The position numbers and the translations under genes were made by a program. A DNA stretch of 64,000 nucleotides. Source: Pseudomonadota bacterium. GTDB lineage: Bacteria > Pseudomonadota > Gammaproteobacteria > JAADHS01. The notes beneath the pieces were generated by a model. It was not told the origin of the DNA and made no database searches. It saw only the letters and a list, made by a program, of their open reading frames with translations. Shown here one piece after another: positions 11,807 through 20,792 of the stretch. Each line of letters begins with the position of its first letter. Positions within the stretch are counted from its first letter, which is position 1. Location: positions 25,983-89,982 of the forward strand of contig JAKACW010000007.1 of assembly GCA_021821045.1 (NCBI GenBank), in the 5' to 3' direction.

Positions 11807-13328
11807 CCTGGCCGTTGCGCGCGACCGCCTGTTGCCGTTCGTCCGCTCGGTGCTCATTCCCGGTGTGACCACGGCCATTGTTGCGTTTCCGCTCTCTATC
11901 GGCTTGGCGATCACCGCTGGCGTGCCTCCTGAAAACATGGTGCTGGCCAGTATCTATGCCGCATTCTTCAACGCACTTTTTGCCGCGTCGCGCTACGGCG
12001 TGCCTGGCCCCAACACAGCGGTCGCGCTCATTACCGGCGCCGCCGTGGCACCCTACGCTCCCCCAGAAAGCGGAATCTATCTTGGCTACGTTTTTGCGCT
12101 GTGCGTGATGGTTGGCGTGCTCCAGCTACTCATCGCTGTGCTGCTGCGCTACAGCGATATCATGGACTACATCTCGAAGACCGTGATCGACGGCCTCACA
12201 ATGGGCATTGGCGCAATCTTCATCCTGTCATCCCTCAACCTCGCTCTCGGGTTGGCGCCGGACTTCGGGAACCAGTGGATCGTATTCAACGCTTTTGTTT
12301 CCATCGTCGCCGCATTCGAAGGGGTCGCCAATCCCTTCGCCATGGCGACCGCCGCAATCACCTTGCTCGTAGGATTGTTCTGCAACGGACGCCCGCGACT
12401 GCGCTCCTATGCCATTGTCTTCGCCGTTCTGGCGGGCACCGTCGTCGGCAATGCGTTTGATTCCCTCACCCACACTCGCCTCGAACATGTCGGCCACATT
12501 GCATTGCCTCTCTTCAGCACATCACTGCCCGACTTCCGGCAAGTGAGCTGGTCAACGCTGTTTCATTTTGCCGGTCCCGCCCTGGCTATCGCCGTCATGG
12601 GCGCGCTCCAAAGCTTGAGCATCGCGAAGGGTTTGCGTGACTCCGGCGACCGCTATGCACCCGTGCCGGAAGCGTTAAGCCAAGGGCTGCAACACATATT
12701 CCTAGGTTTTTTTCATGGAGGGCCCGTAAGCAACAGCTTTAACAAGTCCGTTTTACTCAAACAACTCGGCGGCAACAAGTCCGCGCCGATCGTCGGCGCC
12801 CTGTTCACCGCCGCGCTGGTAGGCTGGGGCGCCTCTTTCGTGGCCATGATCCCGATGCCGGCGTTGAGCGCATCGTTGATACTGGTTGGCTTGACCATGA
12901 TCGACCCGCGTAAACACAAGGAACACTTTCGCGCCGGGGGCCTGCGCGCGCGGCTACTTGTCGTAACCGCGGGCGCGACGATTGTTCTGTCCATTGAGAA
13001 TGCCTTGGCACTCGGTGTCATGATCAGCATCGCGACCCACTTCATCCAGTTTTCCAAGACTCGATTCACGCTACATGAGTCCAGCCAGCAACTAACGGTG
13101 AAACTCCATGGTCCCTGGTTCTATGTTCCAGCAGCCAAGATGAGCCGCGATATCAATCGCGCTCTGGCTAAACGCGCTGCTTCCGACTACGATTGTGTGA
13201 CCATCGATCTGACCGAGGCCAGCATTTTTGCCCATGACGTGATCGATACAGAGTGGATGCATTCGCTGGCCGCGCGATCGAAACACCTGGTGGTGGTACC
13301 TAACCCGAAGGCGCTGGAAGATCCATAA
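11790..13328 (+). CDS. SulP family anion transporter with C-terminal STAS domain
   Basis: 512 aa with many TM helices and Gly/Ala-rich SulP-like segments. C-terminal STAS-like region (ASDYDCVTIDLTEASIF). 17-nt overlap with the upstream cytochrome gene. Confidence 0.8.
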   Translation: MLTSSSLAVARDRLLPFVRSVLIPGVTTAIVAFPLSIGLAITAGVPPENMVLASIYAAFFNALFAASRYGVPGPNTAVALITGAAVAPYAPPESGIYLGYVFALCVMVGVLQLLIAVLLRYSDIMDYISKTVIDGLTMGIGAIFILSSLNLALGLAPDFGNQWIVFNAFVSIVAAFEGVANPFAMATAAITLLVGLFCNGRPRLRSYAIVFAVLAGTVVGNAFDSLTHTRLEHVGHIALPLFSTSLPDFRQVSWSTLFHFAGPALAIAVMGALQSLSIAKGLRDSGDRYAPVPEALSQGLQHIFLGFFHGGPVSNSFNKSVLLKQLGGNKSAPIVGALFTAALVGWGASFVAMIPMPALSASLILVGLTMIDPRKHKEHFRAGGLRARLLVVTAGATIVLSIENALALGVMISIATHFIQFSKTRFTLHESSQQLTVKLHGPWFYVPAAKMSRDINRALAKRAASDYDCVTIDLTEASIFAHDVIDTEWMHSLAARSKHLVVVPNPKALEDP

Positions 13329-13492
13329 ATGGTATCGCTGAACGACGGTCGTCAACTTCAATACCTCAACCGGAATTACGAAGCAACGACATACAATCTG
13401 AATTGTCCGACCGATTGACCAGCCCTCATCCGTTCGCTAAGCTGTGGCCAACAATTGGCCACCGGTTGGCCGGGTTTCCTGTGGAGGGCCGT

Positions 13493-13717
13493 ATGAGTTA
13501 TCACGACATCATCACGATCGAGCCTGGAAAGCGTGGTGGCAAACCATGTATTCGCGGAATGCGAATTACTGTTTACGATGTGCTTGATTACCTTGCTTCG
13601 GGAATGACTCCGGAGGAAATCGTTGCCGATTTTGACTATCTCACATTGGATGACATTCGTGCGTGCTTGGAGTATGCCGCTGATCGCGAACGGCACCAGT
13701 TGATTGTCACCGCATGA
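13493..13717 (+). CDS. DUF433 family protein (antitoxin-like)
   Basis: Region ITIEPGKRGGKPCIRGMRITVYDVLDYLASGMTPEEIVADFDYLTLDDIRACLEYAA is typical of DUF433. 4-nt overlap with the downstream partner. Confidence 0.6.
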   Translation: MSYHDIITIEPGKRGGKPCIRGMRITVYDVLDYLASGMTPEEIVADFDYLTLDDIRACLEYAADRERHQLIVTA

Positions 13718-14046
13718 AGTTGCTTTTCGACGAGAACCTGTCCCCGAGGCTCGTCAGTCTGTTGGCCGATATATTCCCGGATTCTCAGCACGTCGATCGC
13801 GTGGGGCTTGGCGCCGCGCCGGACAGTTCAGTCTGGGAGTATGCGCGGCAGCATCGCTTTACAATCATTAGCAAAGATTCGGATTTCCATGAGACAAGCC
13901 TTTTGCGGGGCAGCCCGCCAAAGGTGATATGGATCAAACGCGGCAACTGCAGCACCCGCGATATTGAAGCGATGTTGCGCGACAGAGTGGACCGGATACG
14001 TGTTCTGTTGGATGATCCCGAAGCCACCTACCTCATCCTGCTCTAA
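13714..14046 (+). CDS. DUF5615 / Mut7-C PIN-like domain protein (toxin-like partner of DUF433)
   Basis: MKLLFDENLSPRLVSLLADIFPDSQHV... is the N-terminal signature of DUF5615 PIN-like proteins. Genetically coupled to DUF433. Confidence 0.6.
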   Translation: MKLLFDENLSPRLVSLLADIFPDSQHVDRVGLGAAPDSSVWEYARQHRFTIISKDSDFHETSLLRGSPPKVIWIKRGNCSTRDIEAMLRDRVDRIRVLLDDPEATYLILL

Positions 14047-14063
14047 TAGTACGAACGCCAACT

Positions 14064-15299
14064 TTACTTCAGTTCAATCTGCTTTGGACTAATCGCAAGT
14101 CCATATGCGCCTTTCTTTCCGGCCGTTTCCAGCATCTTCTCAGAAATCTCGTAACGAATACCGTTCTCATCAAACACTTGCCGAGGCTCGAGCCAGCGCC
14201 GCAAGTTTTTCGGCAGATGCTCGTGAAGAATGTCATTGATACGAATGCAGCGGGAATCAAACCACGTAGTCCTCATACCGCTTTCGAGGGCTCTGATTGT
14301 TCGATCCTGGACGGGAAACCGGCGCTCGTCCAAATTCGACAGCATGTCAATCGCGTCGGTGTTGGCGAGTGTGTCATATTCGCCGACGTCGAAGCCCTCC
14401 AGGCGTAGCAATTCGTCCACGAACAGTCGTGACAAATCACTATCGTGCTCTTCTCCGGGCCGCCGCACTGTCGCCTCCCCGTCACGGGTGACCCGCGCCA
14501 GCATTCGGAAAAAGGCGTATTCGAGGGGCCCTATCTTAAGCGTCTCTTTGTGACCGTTCGCGCGATCCACGATCTGCACTTCGGCCCGGTCCGCCGGCAA
14601 ACACAGATGGATGTCATGGGGTCGATTGCCGAGGTCAAAAAGCGCCATGAGGTTCCGAAAACTCAACTGAGTCCCCAAACGCGACAACTCCTTCTCCGGC
14701 AGCTCCTCTCGCATTCGGATGAAAGGGATATCCGCCAAAACGACTTCTGCATCCTTGGGGTGAACGGTTCTTTTAAGACGGCTATTTTCAAGTACTGTGT
14801 CGTCTCGCGTCGGAAAAAAGAACCCGGGTACGCCTTCGAACTCCTCCGACACCAAAACATGGCTCAGGCAGTCCTGATGCCGCCCGAACAGGCTCATGGC
14901 ATACCCAAGATAAAAGGTCATCGTTTTCCTGCCGCCCGCGATCGATGCGTGAATGTTCACGTTGGCGTCTGTGGCAATATCCCGCACCTCCTGGGTGATG
15001 AAGTCCGCTAATGCCTCATGATCCGCGAGCGACCGGGCATCCTCGACCGGATTTCCGTTAGCGCCCGGGACGACGCGAATGTGATCGTCGCTGAACGAGG
15101 GCTGCGGCTGCTCGCACTGCGCGCAAAGGGCCGCGATTTGCCCGGCAAGCCCGCTGCTTATCGCAATGTCTTTTCCCCGCTGCGTCGTAATGATCCGGAT
15201 CGAATCCGGCCAGGCCAGCTTCTGTTTATTTATGGCGTAAAGCGTCTCCGTTACAACCGCCGGTGACAGGCCCGTCACGGCCAATAACATCGTTCTCAT
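14064..15299 (-). CDS. CRISPR-associated CARF-domain protein, Cas_NE0113 family-like
   Basis: N-terminus MRTMLLAVTGLSPAVVTETLYAI matches the signature start of the NE0113 CRISPR-associated family, which has a CARF Rossmann fold. 411 aa. Adjacent to csx1. Confidence 0.6.
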   Translation of the reverse strand: MRTMLLAVTGLSPAVVTETLYAINKQKLAWPDSIRIITTQRGKDIAISSGLAGQIAALCAQCEQPQPSFSDDHIRVVPGANGNPVEDARSLADHEALADFITQEVRDIATDANVNIHASIAGGRKTMTFYLGYAMSLFGRHQDCLSHVLVSEEFEGVPGFFFPTRDDTVLENSRLKRTVHPKDAEVVLADIPFIRMREELPEKELSRLGTQLSFRNLMALFDLGNRPHDIHLCLPADRAEVQIVDRANGHKETLKIGPLEYAFFRMLARVTRDGEATVRRPGEEHDSDLSRLFVDELLRLEGFDVGEYDTLANTDAIDMLSNLDERRFPVQDRTIRALESGMRTTWFDSRCIRINDILHEHLPKNLRRWLEPRQVFDENGIRYEISEKMLETAGKKGAYGLAISPKQIELK

Positions 15300-15366
15300 T
15301 CATCGTACTCCATATTCTGCGGTCGATCGAAGCACCAGCCTACACAACTCTGCCTCGGATCGGCCG

Positions 15367-15384
15367 CCTCACAAGCTTGCGAGG
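15367..15384. promoter_or_regulatory. Palindromic CAAGCTTG-core motif (CCTCACAAGCTTGCGAGG) upstream of the NE0113-family gene; candidate operator
   Basis: 16/18 inverted repeat seen directly, ~70 bp upstream of the start at 15299. Motif family recurs around the island. Confidence 0.3.
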
Positions 15385-15450
15385 CTTATCTTGGCTCCAT
15401 CGTTATACAACCTTGGGGCAGTAGGGGGACAGCCACTGGGCCCGCGCGAA

Positions 15451-16656
15451 TCACCGCAATAGAACATCCAAAAGACTGCGCAATTCTTCGGCGACCTTCT
15501 CTTCATCCTTGGTGATCGTCGCATCACTTGCCATAGACGGTCGGTTTCCGTGGGCGAAGGCATTCCGAAATTTCGTCAAACGACCATACGCAGCACGCAG
15601 TGACTTTTCGCCCCGCTTGCCGTCATGGAATTCCGTTATTGCCTTGTCCCTGGTGGCATATTCGAACGCGCGTTCGTCGGCCCTTAACAGCGAGGTAATA
15701 AAAGCCTCCTGTGCAAATATGCACGCTCGCGGGTAGTCGCGCTGTTCAAGGAACAACCATGCCAACGATTTTTGATGAGCAACCAAATGGTTCGATTTTA
15801 CCCATGACATCCGCTCTTTTAATGCTGGCGCAAATAGCGCAGCCGTCGGTCCTAGATCACCGTCCAATACTGGCAAGAAGGTACCTAGACTCTGGCGCGC
15901 TTGGCTCACGTTGAAGGTACGTTCGTAGTATGCAGCTCTCTTGAGTGCCGCGAGTTTGTCGTCACCAATACCATCCTTCGCCAACAGCGGGACAAACACG
16001 CCGTAATCCGCGCTTTGATCGTACCGTGCAACGGCCTGCGCCCAATCCGCGAGATGCAGCAGACCACTCAGCTCATAAACCTGCGCCATGCCGGTGTCCG
16101 GATCGAAAAGACCGTAGTAAATGCCTTTAATCTGCGACTTGACGGCATCGCGCAGATAAAGGGCACTGATCAGGCCGAGCATGGGCAAGTGGCGAAAACC
16201 GTGGGTTACGTCCAATACAACCTCGTCATGTCGCGCCACGTGCGCAGCCAGCGCTCGAAGGATCTCGATCTGCTCGGCTTCGTCTTGACCGTATGGGATG
16301 AGATTGAGATGGATGGGTATGCCAACGCATTCTGACAGCAGCGGTTCCGCCCGCGCCAACAGGTCTGCAGACACCGCCTTGGCCTCCGTGGCCGCGATCA
16401 ATTCCAGCCGAAGGTCTTCGTCGCCGGTGTTTGCGGCCACAGTTTCCACGAGATGATCCCACATGCTGCCACTGGTACCGAGTATCACCAGTCTCTCGGG
16501 CTGGATCCGATTGCGCAGCGCCCAGCCAAAGAACGCTGTGGGTTCCGCCTCGACGCTGTCGGCGAAGCAGTAGCGTGTCTTGCGGTAACCATCGACACCT
16601 TTAGGAGAACGACCAAGAAAGCTGATCTGTACGCGTGCCAATGCTACTCCCTCCAA
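15451..16656 (-). CDS. csx1: Csx1 family CARF-HEPN ribonuclease (Cas_DxTHG)
   Basis: DVTHGFRH (DxTHG motif). C-terminal HEPN R-x4-H motif in KFRNAFAHG. 401 aa. Confidence 0.8.
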   Translation of the reverse strand: MEGVALARVQISFLGRSPKGVDGYRKTRYCFADSVEAEPTAFFGWALRNRIQPERLVILGTSGSMWDHLVETVAANTGDEDLRLELIAATEAKAVSADLLARAEPLLSECVGIPIHLNLIPYGQDEAEQIEILRALAAHVARHDEVVLDVTHGFRHLPMLGLISALYLRDAVKSQIKGIYYGLFDPDTGMAQVYELSGLLHLADWAQAVARYDQSADYGVFVPLLAKDGIGDDKLAALKRAAYYERTFNVSQARQSLGTFLPVLDGDLGPTAALFAPALKERMSWVKSNHLVAHQKSLAWLFLEQRDYPRACIFAQEAFITSLLRADERAFEYATRDKAITEFHDGKRGEKSLRAAYGRLTKFRNAFAHGNRPSMASDATITKDEEKVAEELRSLLDVLLR

Positions 16657-16665
16657 AGTGCTGTT

Positions 16666-17673
16666 TTAGTCCGCCGCGAGCTGAAAGTGACCCAACCCCA
16701 TGGTCGTTCCCTTGCCCGCATGGACCCACTGCCCAAGCCAGAGGTACGGCCAGAATGGCGCCAGATCGTCACCCTGGATAGTGAACGAGCCGACGATGCC
16801 GTCCATAGCGATCCTCTTGTTCTGTCGCGACGAGTAGCGGTTCCACCGGTGCCAATGAAGATCGCGATTGATGATCTCCACTTTGCGCGATGCCGCAACC
16901 AGGCCCGCAAAATCGGTGTCTAGTGGAGTGCCTGTGTGGAAGTATTGCAGCATGGAAATACGGCGAAGGAGATTGGTGAAGAGGTCGGAAAAGGTCAATT
17001 CTTCGGATCTAACGATCTTGTTGTGCCGGGCTAGACGCAACGGCTGTTCAATTATCACCGTCACATTTTCGCGTAGCGCTACCAGCGCCGGCCTAGTTGG
17101 TCGAAGCGGGCGCAACTGCCCATCGTCAAGAATCTCATGCCATGCGGGCGGCACGCCAGGATCAGCCTGGCATACGCTCGAAAGTATCAGCCTGCCGTCG
17201 CCTCGGCCGACGCCGCGTTGGGTCGCTAACGCAAGTGCCTGTACAAACAGGCCTAGGAAGCGATTGCCATGCCCGACGAGGATCAACTCGACCTCCACCT
17301 GCTCTCCGGCGCGCACGAGCGAACCACTTTTCCCGCTCGGCCTCAGCAGATACGGATGAGGCGCGTTGGTGTACAACCGCATTCTTTCCGTGTTCGGCGG
17401 CGGTGGACTCAGAAACAAATAGCCGTAGGCGCACGCCAGTTGCTGCGGGCAGCCCTCGCACTGGGAAAAGCCCGTGATGCAGCTCAGTTCCCGCAACGCG
17501 TGCCCCAGCACACCGCGCCAGGTCGAGCCGCTAAACTCGGGCAATCGCACGCTTTCGATCGCGGTAAACGTCAGCAAATATTGGCCCAGCGGCAACATCG
17601 GCTGCGTCATAGCCGCGGCCGCTCGTGCAGCATCGCTCCTGACAGTCTCGGATTCAGCGGAAGCTAGCATCAC
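16666..17673 (-). CDS. cas6: Cas6-like crRNA endoribonuclease (putative)
   Basis: Extreme C-terminal glycine-rich loop HAGKGTTMGLGHFQL. N-terminal ferredoxin-like segment (YLLTFTAIESVRLPEFSGSTWRGVLGHAL). Cys cluster CITGFSQCEGCPQQLAC. ATGA overlap with the upstream gene. Confidence 0.55.
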   Translation of the reverse strand: MMLASAESETVRSDAARAAAAMTQPMLPLGQYLLTFTAIESVRLPEFSGSTWRGVLGHALRELSCITGFSQCEGCPQQLACAYGYLFLSPPPPNTERMRLYTNAPHPYLLRPSGKSGSLVRAGEQVEVELILVGHGNRFLGLFVQALALATQRGVGRGDGRLILSSVCQADPGVPPAWHEILDDGQLRPLRPTRPALVALRENVTVIIEQPLRLARHNKIVRSEELTFSDLFTNLLRRISMLQYFHTGTPLDTDFAGLVAASRKVEIINRDLHWHRWNRYSSRQNKRIAMDGIVGSFTIQGDDLAPFWPYLWLGQWVHAGKGTTMGLGHFQLAAD

Positions 17674-20201
17674 CGACGCCCCCGCTGCATCCTGTTTGAA
17701 CCACGCCCCCGATCACCGTACCGTTCGTTTTGTGACTGTTCTTTCGTATCGTCAGTCGGCAGGTAGCCTAGTCCCCGATTGGCGCTATTCAGTTCCGGCA
17801 GCGACTGGAAGCGCTTGCTGCTCATCGGGTCATTGTTCTTTAATTTCTCGTTGTTTACGAACCACTCATAGATGGCTGTCGCATCCGTGCGTTGCGCATC
17901 AGGCCGGGGATAATGCACCGGCAAGCCTCCGCCCGGAGCCGCGTTGATCAAGGCCTTCACGAACGGCACACCATCGAATGAACGGCTGCCGTAAGCTCGA
18001 CACACCGCCTCCTTGAAGGCGCTCTCCAACCTCGCGATGGCGGCATCGTCGCACTGCGTGATCGCGCTGTCAGCCCCGCCGCTCAGATCACGGTAACGCT
18101 GCGCCAGCTGCTGCCCACTGCGCAACGCCACCCCCTGAAGCTCCAGCCTGACGGAGCCGAAACCCAGGGGCTTGCCTCCCCCGAGGCGATGACAATGATC
18201 CGCCGGCCAGCGCAGCAGCCACAGCAAGGCGCCGAGTTCCACCTCACTCAAGTTGGTCACGTCGATATCGAAAATGAACTCCGCGCCGGGCTTGATCCAG
18301 GATTTGGTGGAGCGGTTCTGATTGCTGCGGGGCTTGTCGCCGGCATAACGGTACTCCCGGTACAACGTCTGACCATCGTTCGCTCGGACGGCTTCCGTGC
18401 CCGAGCCGCGGGCGGACCAGTACCCCGGCGCGCCGACAGTCAAGGCGTGATGGGGATAGACCTTGCGACCGCGCAGGGTCTGCCCCTCTTCCTTGACATA
18501 AAATGCCTCGACCTTGGAAGTTCCGGCTCCCGCAGAGAGCTTTTGCACATTGCCGTTCTTCTCGCTGCCGATATAGAACCGCGCCTGCGCCGGCTTGGGT
18601 TGTCCGAGAATCGCCAACGCGAGGCCATTGTCGTCCTCGATGGGCTCGATCGCCGCCGGCCCCGTCGTACACACAACGGGGCCAACACTCAGTTGGCCGC
18701 GCCAGGCTTCCTTGCCATTGTGGTAGTTGCTGACCCAGCCGAACACCCGCTCCGCCGGCGACAGTTGCGATCGATCCTTCGCCGGCATCAGACTGGAATC
18801 GATCAGAACGTTAGGCGCATCGCGATAAAGACCACGAGAAATCGTCACTGGATACAGATCGACGACGCGCCAGCCCACGTCCTTTTCTTTTTCCACCTTC
18901 GCATAGCACAAGGTGCCGGGTTCCAGCTTCTTCTCGGACTCTGCGAACTGCCTGGGATTGACGTGCCGAGACCATTCACAAGAAGGGTTATTTAACGCAG
19001 ATGGACGGGTAATTCCCGCGGCAATTTCTTCCTTGTGGATCTCTTGGTAATTGCTTATCAGTGCCGTCCAGCGCTGTTTCACTTCAACTGGGATCTGCAC
19101 CGTCTCCGCCGCGCCATCCACGAAGAACAAGCGTTCATCATGCTTGTTATTCATGTTGCGATTTGAAACAAATACCCAGCCCTCCACCCACTGGCGCGGC
19201 GTCCCCGCGTCAGGCATTGACCCGCTTTTGACTTGAGTTGCGGACACCAAATCCGTGGGACGCGGCGCACTGTCGTACGGCCTCATTCGAACGACGCGCC
19301 AGAATTTGAAACGATTCGAGCGATGATTCCACAACTCGATCTCGGCCCAAACCCGTTGACCATGCCGCAACAACTCTCGACCGGAACGAAGAAAGTGTTG
19401 ATCACGGTAGGCAGGAATCCACGCCGCATAAAGCGGCCCTGCCGGAGCACCGCCCCCACCAATTCTGCTCGTCCCCGTGAGCAACTGGGCCGTCTTGCCA
19501 TCCTCACCAATCCGAACCGGCACCACGGCTCCTCCGTCATTCGACGGCAGCCGCAGCCCCAAGGGATTTTCGTGCTTATCCAACGCGCCAAAGCGGCTGT
19601 TGGTCGCCGCCTCGAACACCGAGCGCAGCATTCCCTTAACCGTCGTGGTGGGAATGAGCGGGGCGCCATGGGCGTCGCAGCGGGTTTCGAAAATCTTGTG
19701 GCCCTGCTGTGTCGTCGGGGCGCGCGAGGCATCGGGAATGAGCAGAGGGGTTGCCACCGTAATCTTGACGCTCAGCCGACCGCTCCAACGGTCCGCCAAG
19801 TAAGCGTGATGCCCGCAAGGCGCACTGTCGCCGAGATCGGCGTCATTGGTGTTGCGCCTGGGCGCCGGGATGAAGTTGTACGGATTTTCGAACTTTTCGG
19901 TGCCCGCACGCGCCGCTCCGGCCGGACCGGCTTGTTGTGCTTGTGACGATTGAGGGTGCGGCTCTCCGACTCTCCAAATCAGAGAAACCTGGCCTTTGGA
20001 ATTTTTTACGTACTGGACCTCGATACCAACGAGATCATCCATCTTGCCGGTCCAAATGCGCTTCAACTCAGGACTGAGCATTGTTTCGTTTATCACACAG
20101 AGCTGCTCGCCATTGTTTGTCTTCTGCATGATGAAGAACTGTTTCTTTCTTCCTTTATCAACAGTCCGCAGCTGTATCGTCGACCTCAACTCCTCGCTCA
20201 T
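17670..20201 (-). CDS. Large Cas7-family RAMP protein with ~500-aa insertion (all1473-like). Start taken at MSEELRS.
   Basis: ENPYNFIPAP, then TTVKGMLRSVFEAATNSRFG (Cas7 GSSxKG-like loop), then a distant C-terminal G-rich loop LGGGKPLGFGSVRLEL. ATGA overlap with the upstream gene stop at 20198-20201. Confidence 0.6.
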   Translation of the reverse strand: MSEELRSTIQLRTVDKGRKKQFFIMQKTNNGEQLCVINETMLSPELKRIWTGKMDDLVGIEVQYVKNSKGQVSLIWRVGEPHPQSSQAQQAGPAGAARAGTEKFENPYNFIPAPRRNTNDADLGDSAPCGHHAYLADRWSGRLSVKITVATPLLIPDASRAPTTQQGHKIFETRCDAHGAPLIPTTTVKGMLRSVFEAATNSRFGALDKHENPLGLRLPSNDGGAVVPVRIGEDGKTAQLLTGTSRIGGGGAPAGPLYAAWIPAYRDQHFLRSGRELLRHGQRVWAEIELWNHRSNRFKFWRVVRMRPYDSAPRPTDLVSATQVKSGSMPDAGTPRQWVEGWVFVSNRNMNNKHDERLFFVDGAAETVQIPVEVKQRWTALISNYQEIHKEEIAAGITRPSALNNPSCEWSRHVNPRQFAESEKKLEPGTLCYAKVEKEKDVGWRVVDLYPVTISRGLYRDAPNVLIDSSLMPAKDRSQLSPAERVFGWVSNYHNGKEAWRGQLSVGPVVCTTGPAAIEPIEDDNGLALAILGQPKPAQARFYIGSEKNGNVQKLSAGAGTSKVEAFYVKEEGQTLRGRKVYPHHALTVGAPGYWSARGSGTEAVRANDGQTLYREYRYAGDKPRSNQNRSTKSWIKPGAEFIFDIDVTNLSEVELGALLWLLRWPADHCHRLGGGKPLGFGSVRLELQGVALRSGQQLAQRYRDLSGGADSAITQCDDAAIARLESAFKEAVCRAYGSRSFDGVPFVKALINAAPGGGLPVHYPRPDAQRTDATAIYEWFVNNEKLKNNDPMSSKRFQSLPELNSANRGLGYLPTDDTKEQSQNERYGDRGRGSNRMQRGRR

Positions 20202-20791
20202 TGCCCCTCCCCCACCATTGCCAGCCCCGTCAAGCGCTCCGCCAGCACGGCGCAATTGCCATCTTTCCCAGCCTCGCCCGTTGCGCGGCCGAAATATTCG
20301 CGATAATGCAGCGCCGCCCGGCGCCCACCCGCGCGCTCGGTCAGCGGCACGATCAGTTCACCGATGGCGGCCGTCGACAACCGTGTCCAGGCGCCATCGA
20401 GATCGTCGGCCTCTGCCGTCTGGCCCCACAGGATGTATTGGCCATCCTTCATCCCCTTCAGCTTCCCGACTTCCTTGCGATCCCAACCCGGTATATCGCC
20501 ATCGCTCTCGGTCAGATAGCCGGCGCGGCCGCTCTGGTCGCGCTGCGGGATTCGCAACCAGCGCAGCTCCCCCTGCGCATCGAAGAAGCGCGCCTCATAA
20601 ACGGTGTCAAGATCGAGCACGCCGCTCGCGCTGCATACCGCCCCCGCCTCATAGCGGACGAAGCCGGTCGCATGCGCGGCATAGTAAAACCCCACCAGAG
20701 CGCGCTCGCCCGCGACCACGCGCACCGCGTCCTGCAACCCAACTTCATTGTTAGTGAAACATAACAATCGAATGGTATCGGCCTCGCTCAT
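20198..20791 (-). CDS. Hypothetical protein within the type III effector operon (about 198 aa from MSEADTIR)
   Basis: Positioned between two RAMP genes with tight spacing. No family recognised; Csx19 is possible but unverified. Confidence 0.4.
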   Translation of the reverse strand: MSEADTIRLLCFTNNEVGLQDAVRVVAGERALVGFYYAAHATGFVRYEAGAVCSASGVLDLDTVYEARFFDAQGELRWLRIPQRDQSGRAGYLTESDGDIPGWDRKEVGKLKGMKDGQYILWGQTAEADDLDGAWTRLSTAAIGELIVPLTERAGGRRAALHYREYFGRATGEAGKDGNCAVLAERLTGLAMVGEGQ

Positions 20792-20792
20792 C

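Noticed and set aside
13376-13696. Minus-strand 106-aa ORF overlapping the DUF433 gene
   Set aside because: The + strand DUF433/DUF5615 pair has family signatures and operon structure. The minus-strand ORF has none.
20201-20764. 187-aa + strand ORF across the effector operon
   Set aside because: Antisense artefact within tightly coupled minus-strand operon.
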